From assembly GCA_947626035.1 (NCBI GenBank), contig CANQQR010000003.1:7603-71602 (forward strand): DNA of 64,000 nt. Direction: 5' to 3'. Source of the stretch: an uncultured Bacilli bacterium (GTDB lineage: Bacteria > Bacillota_I > Bacilli_A > RF39 > UBA660). The notes beneath the pieces were generated by a model. It was given only the letters and a program-made list of their open reading frames with translations. It did not search any database and was not told the origin of the DNA. The position numbers and the translations under genes were made by a program. This document shows positions 57,111 through 64,000 of this stretch, one piece after another (the stretch's first letter is position 1; each line of letters starts with the position of its first letter).

Positions 57111-58217
57111 ATGAAAGTAATGACGATAGTTGGAACAAGACCAGAAATAATAAAATTATCATGTGTTATAAAAGAACTAGATAAATATACAGAACAAATA
57201 TTAGTTCATACAGGCCAAAATTATGATTATGAATTAAATGAAATATTCTTTAAAGAATTAGGACTTAGAAATCCAGATGTTTATATGAATGCTGCTGGAA
57301 GTACAGCAGCAGAAACAATTGGAAACGTAATAAAAGAATCTGATAAATTAATTAAAAAATATAAACCTGATGCTATTCTTTTATATGGCGATACAAATTC
57401 GTGTCTAAGTGTAATTTCAGCAAAAAGAAACAAAGTTCCAACATTTCATATGGAAGCTGGTAATAGATGCTTTGACGAAAGAGTTCCAGAAGAAATTAAT
57501 AGAAAAATATTAGATCATTTAAGTGATATAAATATGACACTAACCGAACATGCTAGAAGATATTTAATAGCCGAGGGTATAAGACCAGAAACAATAATAA
57601 AAGTAGGTTCAAGCATGAAAGAAGTATATAGAGAAAATATGGATGCTATAGAAAACAGTGATATATTAGAAAAACTCAATTTAGAAAAAAATAAATACTT
57701 TGTTTTGAGTGCACATAGAGAAGAAAATGTAGATAATCCTAAAAATTTTGATTCACTACTAAATGCAATTAATCAAGTTGCTCAAACATATAAAATGCCA
57801 ATTATATTTAGTGTTCATCCTAGAACAAGAAAAAAAATTGAAGAAAAAAATTTTAAATTCAATGAATTAGTAAAATATATGAAACCTTTAGGATTTCATG
57901 ATTATAATAAATTACAGAAAAATGCTTTCTGTGTAATAAGCGATAGTGGAACTATAACTGAGGAATCGTCAATATTGAGCTTTCCTGCTATAACAATAAG
58001 ACAAGCGCATGAAAGACCAGAAGGAATGGACGAAGGAACGCTAATAATGAGTGGTGTGAATGAAAAAGACATTATTGATTCCATCAAAATAGTAACTAAT
58101 ACCGAAAATAAACCTAATATAGTTAGTGACTATAATGTGGACTTTCTTGCAAATAAAGTAGTAAGAATTATTATGAGTTATACTGAATATATTAATAGAA
58201 CAGTTTGGAAAAAATAA
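57111..58217 (+). CDS. UDP-N-acetylglucosamine 2-epimerase (non-hydrolysing; WecB/WbvD/CapG-like).
   Basis: MKVMTIVGTRPEIIKLSCVIKEL N-terminus; HMEAG and DSGTITEES motifs. Confidence 0.85.
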   Translation: MKVMTIVGTRPEIIKLSCVIKELDKYTEQILVHTGQNYDYELNEIFFKELGLRNPDVYMNAAGSTAAETIGNVIKESDKLIKKYKPDAILLYGDTNSCLSVISAKRNKVPTFHMEAGNRCFDERVPEEINRKILDHLSDINMTLTEHARRYLIAEGIRPETIIKVGSSMKEVYRENMDAIENSDILEKLNLEKNKYFVLSAHREENVDNPKNFDSLLNAINQVAQTYKMPIIFSVHPRTRKKIEEKNFKFNELVKYMKPLGFHDYNKLQKNAFCVISDSGTITEESSILSFPAITIRQAHERPEGMDEGTLIMSGVNEKDIIDSIKIVTNTENKPNIVSDYNVDFLANKVVRIIMSYTEYINRTVWKK

Positions 58218-58239
58218 ACAAAATAAGGAAGTTGATAAA

Positions 58240-59994
58240 ATGAAAAATAATCCAAAAGTAAGCATAATAATACCTGTATACAACGGAGCTAATTACGTAG
58301 AAGAAGCCATAAACAGTGCATTATCTCAAACATATAAAAATATAGAAATAATAGTAGTAAATGATGGCTCAGTTGATAATACAGAAACAGTATTAGAAAA
58401 ATATAAAGATAAAGTAAAATATATAAAAAAAGAAAATGGTGGTGTATCAACTGCACTTAACTTAGCCATAGAAAACATGACAGGAGATTATTTCTCTTGG
58501 TTAAGTCATGACGACTTATATAAACCAAACAAAATAGAAGAAGAACTAAAAGAAATAGAAGAAAACACAATAATAATGTCAGACTACGATACCATTGACA
58601 GCAAAGGTAAGTTAATAAAAAAAATAATATTACCACACGAAGTAATAGAAAAAAATTATGAAAAAGCATTACTTAATGGATTAATAAATGGAATAACATT
58701 ATTAATTCCAAAACAAGCATTTGATAAAGTAGGAAAGTTTAATGAAGTACTTAAATGTACTCAAGACTATGATATGTGGCTTAGAATGATTTTAAAAGGG
58801 TACAAATTTAAACATATACCTAAAATTTTAGCATCTTCAAGACAACACGCAAATCAAACTACTAATAAAAGTCCAAATGTTTTAACTGAGGGTAACGAAT
58901 TATGGAAAAATATTATAGAAGCATTTTCAGATGAAATCAAAATAAAAATAAGTTACACACTATACAATTATTATAAAGAAATGTCTTTAGTATTAAAAGA
59001 AACAGTTTATAAAGAAGCATATACATATTGCATAAAGAAAATGCAAGAAACAAAAAATAATGAAGACATAGAAAACATAAAAGCTTCTATAATAATACCA
59101 TTTTATGATGAAGACATAAATACATTAAAACGCTCTATAAATTCTGCTTTAAACCAAACTCATAAAAATATAGAAATAATTTTAATAAATGATAATCCCG
59201 AAAAATATAATGACGAAGAATTAAAAGAAATAATTAATAACGATAAAATAAAGTATATCAAAAATATTAAAAATCTTGGTGTATCAGCATCAAGAAATAA
59301 AGGAATCGAAGAATCTACTGGCGACTTTATAGCTTTTCTAGATGCAGACGATAGTTTTTTAGAAACAAAAATAGATAAACAATTAAAAGAAATGTTAAAT
59401 ACAACTTTACCATTTTCTCATACATCTTATTATAAAATAGACAGTAAAAAGGAAGAAGTAATGAATTCTGGAACAATAAATGGCCTTGCATATAGAGAGT
59501 GTATTAGAAGTTGCCGAATAGCAACACCTACAGTAATGATAAAAAAATCATTTTTAAATGAAAATAATATAAGATTTAATGAAAAATTATCTATCGGAGA
59601 AGACACATGTTTTTGGTTAGAAATGTTAACAAAAACTGAAATTGCCGGAATAGAAGAACCCTTAACAAAAGTTTATATCAATGAAAAATCTGCTGCATAT
59701 GATATTGAAAAACAAATAATAGGGTTAAGAAATATTTTAGAGTTTATTTTTAAAAATGATATACTTAACAAATGTTATTATGAAATAGCTGCATTATCAA
59801 GAAGTTATTCGTATGTTGTTTTTAAAGATACAGAAGAAGATTATATGAATATTTACTATGAATTTAAGAATAGACTTTCTGTAAAACTAACTGAACCTTT
59901 TAGACTAATGTATAAAACATTTAGTTCAATAAAAGAAGCAGGATTAGATGCAACTATAAAAAAGATAGGAAGATATCTATGCAAAGAAAAATAA
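58240..59994 (+). CDS. Bifunctional glycosyltransferase with two tandem GT2 domains.
   Basis: VSIIIPVYNGANYVEEAINSALSQTYKNIEIIVVNDGS and ASIIIPFYDEDINTLKRSINSALNQTHKNIEIILINDN. Each is followed by a DxD motif (HDD, DADD). Confidence 0.8.
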   Translation: MKNNPKVSIIIPVYNGANYVEEAINSALSQTYKNIEIIVVNDGSVDNTETVLEKYKDKVKYIKKENGGVSTALNLAIENMTGDYFSWLSHDDLYKPNKIEEELKEIEENTIIMSDYDTIDSKGKLIKKIILPHEVIEKNYEKALLNGLINGITLLIPKQAFDKVGKFNEVLKCTQDYDMWLRMILKGYKFKHIPKILASSRQHANQTTNKSPNVLTEGNELWKNIIEAFSDEIKIKISYTLYNYYKEMSLVLKETVYKEAYTYCIKKMQETKNNEDIENIKASIIIPFYDEDINTLKRSINSALNQTHKNIEIILINDNPEKYNDEELKEIINNDKIKYIKNIKNLGVSASRNKGIEESTGDFIAFLDADDSFLETKIDKQLKEMLNTTLPFSHTSYYKIDSKKEEVMNSGTINGLAYRECIRSCRIATPTVMIKKSFLNENNIRFNEKLSIGEDTCFWLEMLTKTEIAGIEEPLTKVYINEKSAAYDIEKQIIGLRNILEFIFKNDILNKCYYEIAALSRSYSYVVFKDTEEDYMNIYYEFKNRLSVKLTEPFRLMYKTFSSIKEAGLDATIKKIGRYLCKEK

Positions 59995-61103
59995 CAATAT
60001 TTTCTTTAAACCTAAACTACGGAGGAATAGAAAAATATCTTTCTATTCTTTCTAATATGTTAGATAATGACTTTGACATAGAAATAATAACAACATTTAA
60101 ATTTGATACCACACCATCATTTCCATTTAGTGATAAAATAAAAATAAAATATCTAGTAAATGAAAATCCAACTGACATATCAATAAAAAAATTACTAAAA
60201 GAAAAAAAATACTTTAATGTTTTAAAAGAAATACTAAGAAGAAAAAAACTAAATTATCAAGCACTAAAAAGAAACATAAAAGAAATAAAAAATATAAAAA
60301 CAGACTACATAATAACAACAAGAACATACCATAATAACTTAGTAAATAAATATTTAAAAAATAAAAACATAATAACAATATCAACAGAACATAACTATCA
60401 TAACAATGATAAAAATTACATAAAAAAATACATTAAATCAGTAACTAACTTTAACTATGTAATAGAATGTACAAGTGAACTATATGAATTTTACAAAGAC
60501 AAAATAAAAGGCCCAAAAGTATTAATGATACCTAATGCCATTCACATAACAAATAATAATAAATCAAAAATAAACAATAAACAAATAATATCTGTTGGTA
60601 GACTATCAGAAGAAAAAGGCTATCTTGACTTAATAGACATAATGAAATATGTAGTAAAAACAGATAAAAATATAAAATTAATAATATGTGGAACTGGCCA
60701 CCAAAAAGAACAAATAGAAAACAAAATAAAAGAATTATCTTTAGAAAATAATATAATACTAAAAGGATTTCTAAAAGAAGAAAAACTATATAAAGAATAT
60801 ATAAACAGTAGTTTATATGTATTGCCATCAATAAGTGAAGCATTTGGTTTAGTATTGCTAGAAGCAATGCACTTTGGATTACCAGTAATAGCATTTGACA
60901 CAGCATCAGGCGCTAGAAACTTACTAAAAAATGATGTAGGTTTACTAATAAAAGACAGAAACAAAAAAGAATTTGCACGCCAAATAATTAACCTACTAAA
61001 TAACCAAGAACTACTAAAAAAATATCAAAATAAAAGTTTAAATGAAGTAAAAAAATATGACACTGATGTAATAAAAAAAGAATGGCTAAAAATATTAAAA
61101 TAG
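59979..61103 (+). CDS. Family 4 (GT-B) glycosyltransferase.
   Basis: VGRLSEEKGYLDLID...LPSISEAFGLVLLEAMHFGLPVIAFD (EX7E motif). Confidence 0.8.
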   Translation: MQRKITIFSLNLNYGGIEKYLSILSNMLDNDFDIEIITTFKFDTTPSFPFSDKIKIKYLVNENPTDISIKKLLKEKKYFNVLKEILRRKKLNYQALKRNIKEIKNIKTDYIITTRTYHNNLVNKYLKNKNIITISTEHNYHNNDKNYIKKYIKSVTNFNYVIECTSELYEFYKDKIKGPKVLMIPNAIHITNNNKSKINNKQIISVGRLSEEKGYLDLIDIMKYVVKTDKNIKLIICGTGHQKEQIENKIKELSLENNIILKGFLKEEKLYKEYINSSLYVLPSISEAFGLVLLEAMHFGLPVIAFDTASGARNLLKNDVGLLIKDRNKKEFARQIINLLNNQELLKKYQNKSLNEVKKYDTDVIKKEWLKILK

Positions 61104-61114
61104 GAAGTGAAAAA

Positions 61115-62725
61115 ATGAAAAAAAAAGTTCTTTTTATTAATGATAATGACTTAATTAGTAAAAGATGGAATGGCTATGATTATTTAAAAAAAATAAATAA
61201 AAATAATTACATTGCTAATCAAATAGTTATTAACAAAAAAAGTAAAAATAAGAAAGTTAAAACATTTTTTGATAAAAGAAATTTTTTTATAATAAACAAT
61301 ATAATACATAATTTTGAACAAAATATATTATCAATCCATTCAAATTTATCACTAACTTCGCCAGCACTTTTAAACAACCAGTACTACAAAGATGCAGATA
61401 TTCTGCATTTTCATTTAATACATAATACAAAATTATCACTTTATTCACTTTTAGAATTTAGTAAAAACAAAAAAATAGTAATCTCAATTCATGATCCATG
61501 GTTTTTTACTGGAAGATGCGTCCATCCAGAAGAATGTGAAAAGTGGAAAGATGGATGCGTTAACTGTCCAAAATTAAACACATTATTTCCAATGAAAGAA
61601 GATAATTGTAATGAATTATGGAAATTAAAACAAAAAGTTTATAATAATATAAATGCACATATAATTGTAACAACACAATTTATGTATAATTTTTATAAGT
61701 CTTCTCCATTAACAAAAAATTTAAAAATACATCTAATCCCTTTAGGCGTTGATACAAATGAATTTAATACAAAAATATCAAAAAAAATTGCTAGAAAAAA
61801 ATTAAAAATAAATAATGAAAGTATAGTATTATTTTTGCGAGCCGGAAATGAATTTAAAGGAACAAATTATGTAAAAGAGGCTTTAGAAGAACTAAATATT
61901 AATAAAAAAATAACAATAATAACATGTGGAGATATAAATTTATTGGACGATTTAAAATATAAATATGATATAGTTGACTTAGGAATAATTGACACAAAAA
62001 AATTAATTTATTGCTACCGAGCATGTGATATATTCTTAATGCCATCAATCGGCGAATCATTTGGCTTCATGGCTGTTGAAGCAATGTCATGCGAAAAACC
62101 TGTAATAGTATTTAATAACACAGCACTACCTTATGTAACAAATGCACCAGACATAGGTTACTTAGTAGAAAACAAAAATTCACATGAACTAAAAAATGCT
62201 ATAGAACACTTAATCAACAATGAAAATGAAAGAATAGAAAGAGGAAAAAAAGGCAGAGAATATGTTAAACAAAATTATAATATAAATAAAAATATAGATA
62301 AAATAATGGAAGTATACGACGAAATCATAAATGAACCATTTAATAAAAAACAAGAAAATAAAAAGTATATAGAAGATAATACAAAATATATAAAATATGA
62401 ATTAAACAAATTAACAAAGGAATTAATAAAAAAAGATAGTAAATTTAATGAATTAATTTATAAAGATACAAAAGAAAAACCGAAAGATTACAAAATAAAA
62501 TATTCAGATTTTGCAGTTCAAAAAATAATAGACAATTACAATAAAAAAATGTATGAAATAACTAACAAATGTGATATGTTTTTAGATTCAAATGAAATAC
62601 AATTATTAAACTATTACAATAATATTTCATTCATAAAAAAAATATATTTTTTAATTTATAGGTATTTTAACAATAAAACAGAATTAAATTTAATCATTGA
62701 AAATAAAAAATATCAAAAAAATTAA
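61115..62725 (+). CDS. Family 4 (GT-B) glycosyltransferase with a long C-terminal extension.
   Basis: MPSIGESFGFMAVEAMSCEKPVIVFN EX7E motif. ATG at 61115 (MKKKVLFIND) with a ggaagtga RBS is preferred over 61082. Confidence 0.75.
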   Translation: MKKKVLFINDNDLISKRWNGYDYLKKINKNNYIANQIVINKKSKNKKVKTFFDKRNFFIINNIIHNFEQNILSIHSNLSLTSPALLNNQYYKDADILHFHLIHNTKLSLYSLLEFSKNKKIVISIHDPWFFTGRCVHPEECEKWKDGCVNCPKLNTLFPMKEDNCNELWKLKQKVYNNINAHIIVTTQFMYNFYKSSPLTKNLKIHLIPLGVDTNEFNTKISKKIARKKLKINNESIVLFLRAGNEFKGTNYVKEALEELNINKKITIITCGDINLLDDLKYKYDIVDLGIIDTKKLIYCYRACDIFLMPSIGESFGFMAVEAMSCEKPVIVFNNTALPYVTNAPDIGYLVENKNSHELKNAIEHLINNENERIERGKKGREYVKQNYNINKNIDKIMEVYDEIINEPFNKKQENKKYIEDNTKYIKYELNKLTKELIKKDSKFNELIYKDTKEKPKDYKIKYSDFAVQKIIDNYNKKMYEITNKCDMFLDSNEIQLLNYYNNISFIKKIYFLIYRYFNNKTELNLIIENKKYQKN

Positions 62726-62770
62726 AATAATATGCTATAATATTTTTGATTAAGAAAGAGGTTAATTATC

Positions 62771-64000
62771 ATGATATATTTATATTTACTTATTTTATTA
62801 TTAAATACTTCTATTTTTTACAAAACTATATTTAATAAAAAAATAGAAGAAACCTTACCCATAACAATTTTAACTTATATATTAATAATATTTATAACAG
62901 GAATATATAATGCTATGAATATAGGCTTTATTTTAATATTAATATTAAATTTATGCTTATTTATAATTAATATATTAAACTTTATCAAAAGAAAAAATAC
63001 TAAAAATATAATAACACCTAGTCTAATTTTATTTATAATAAGTTATTTGTTTTTAATCATAATTACATATGGAAAAGTAGCAAGCAAATGGGATGAATTT
63101 TCTCACTGGGCTCTTGTAGTAAAAAATATGTTTACTTTAGATAATTTTGGTTTAGGCTCTGATTCTAACCTAATGTTTAAAACATATTTATCAGGAACGT
63201 CTATGTTTCAATACTTTTGTATGAAACTAAATGGAACATTTAATGAATCAATATTATATTTAGGAATGGACACAATGATAATTTCATTTTTAGTACCAAT
63301 AGTAAGCTCGATTAAAACTAAAAATAATTTTTTACAATGTATCTTATATTTTACAATAATTTTAATTCCAACTATCTTTTATGATAACATATATTCATCT
63401 GTATATGTTGACGGAATATTAGGCATAGTTTTTGCATATTCATTATACTCTTACTTTAATAATAGAGAAAACAAATTAAATGCATTTGATATTACAAATT
63501 TAATTTGCTCCTTAACTATGTTAGTATTTATAAAAGAATCTGGTTTACTATTTGCAATAATAACTTATATAATTATATTAATAGATAACTTATTTATAAG
63601 AAATAAATTAAAATTAAAAAATTTTTGGAAAAATAATAGATATCTTATTTTATCAATTTTACCACCATTAATAGTAAAAATTATTTGGACTCTATTATTA
63701 AAAGTAAATAATGTTGAATCTTCTGCAACTAATTCGATTTTAGATACAACATTTAATATACTAAAAACAAATATTTTACCTTATCAAAAAGAAACGATAA
63801 AAGCATTTGTAAAAGCAACTTTTGAAACTAATTTAACAAATAGTCCTATTCACTTTTCATACTATCTATTATTTTCTGTTTCAATAATATTAGGATTAAT
63901 AACCTCAAATATGACAAAAAAAGAAGAAAATAAATCTATAAAAATATTAAATATCTTAATTGTCTTGGGATATATAGGCTACGCTTTACTAGTATTACTT
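62771..64000 (+). CDS. Polytopic membrane protein, 3' partial. Candidate GT-C-type glycosyltransferase / polymerase (DE-containing first periplasmic loop: KWDEFSHWAL).
   Basis: The ORF opens at the ATG at 62771 (RBS aagaaagagg) and runs uninterrupted to the window end. It is absent from the ORF track because it has no stop. More than 10 TM helices. Confidence 0.5.
   Translation, partial: MIYLYLLILLLNTSIFYKTIFNKKIEETLPITILTYILIIFITGIYNAMNIGFILILILNLCLFIINILNFIKRKNTKNIITPSLILFIISYLFLIIITYGKVASKWDEFSHWALVVKNMFTLDNFGLGSDSNLMFKTYLSGTSMFQYFCMKLNGTFNESILYLGMDTMIISFLVPIVSSIKTKNNFLQCILYFTIILIPTIFYDNIYSSVYVDGILGIVFAYSLYSYFNNRENKLNAFDITNLICSLTMLVFIKESGLLFAIITYIIILIDNLFIRNKLKLKNFWKNNRYLILSILPPLIVKIIWTLLLKVNNVESSATNSILDTTFNILKTNILPYQKETIKAFVKATFETNLTNSPIHFSYYLLFSVSIILGLITSNMTKKEENKSIKILNILIVLGYIGYALLVLL

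Overview
Likely chromosomal window from a very low-GC (about 25%) Gram-positive Firmicute, probably Clostridia-like. It uses the standard genetic code: TGA is a stop and TGG encodes Trp. Nearly all genes lie on the + strand, which is purine- and A-rich. No rRNA, tRNA or CRISPR was seen.

Gene content, left to right:
- Start to 6.4 kb: a partial M23 peptidase, then a dockerin-bearing LRR/repeat surface protein followed by a membrane-anchored cohesin protein (first cellulosome-like pair).
- 6.4-9 kb: phosphoketolase and a convergent XRE regulator.
- 9.1-11.7 kb: an 868-aa secreted protein with a TasA/camelysin-like N-domain and two copies of a roughly 300-aa module, each ending in a GC-rich mosaic patch.
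- 11.7-16 kb: a small accessory islet. It holds a DUF4143 AAA ATPase flanked by identical 39-bp hairpins, a kinase-like protein behind a consensus promoter, and an AAA_21 ATPase plus an acidic 92-aa protein.
- 16-22.2 kb: Ca2+ P-type ATPase plus Na+/Ca2+ exchanger, then TypA/BipA and QueH.
- 22.3-24.2 kb: a sipW operon with TasA-like substrates.
- 24.2-30.3 kb: an NitT/TauT-type ABC transporter. Its substrate-binding-protein gene is split by a roughly 3.5 kb integrated element carrying a large serine recombinase and an AbiEi/AbiEii module. The element has 16-bp terminal inverted repeats, and excision at a TA core would restore the reading frame.
- 30.4-33.6 kb: a SleB-like lipoprotein, tandem PlsC acyltransferases and tandem-duplicated lipoproteins.
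- 33.7-37.4 kb: a second dockerin protein (SH3b plus GH73-like peptidoglycan hydrolase) followed by a second cohesin anchor.
- 37.4-64 kb: a large cell-wall glycopolymer / teichoic-acid-like locus. It contains LCP, TagO, GpsA, acyltransferases, a HipA-like kinase, a CDP-alcohol phosphotransferase, a LicC-like cytidylyltransferase and a TagF-like gene behind a promoter with a G8 tract in its spacer. It continues with an AlbA_2/HATPase_c_4 regulator preceded by thirteen phased 10-11 bp repeats, a TagGH-like exporter, a UDP-2-acetamido-2,6-dideoxy-L-hexose pathway, several glycosyltransferases and a partial membrane protein at the window end.

All functional calls rest on motif recognition by eye; no database search was possible.
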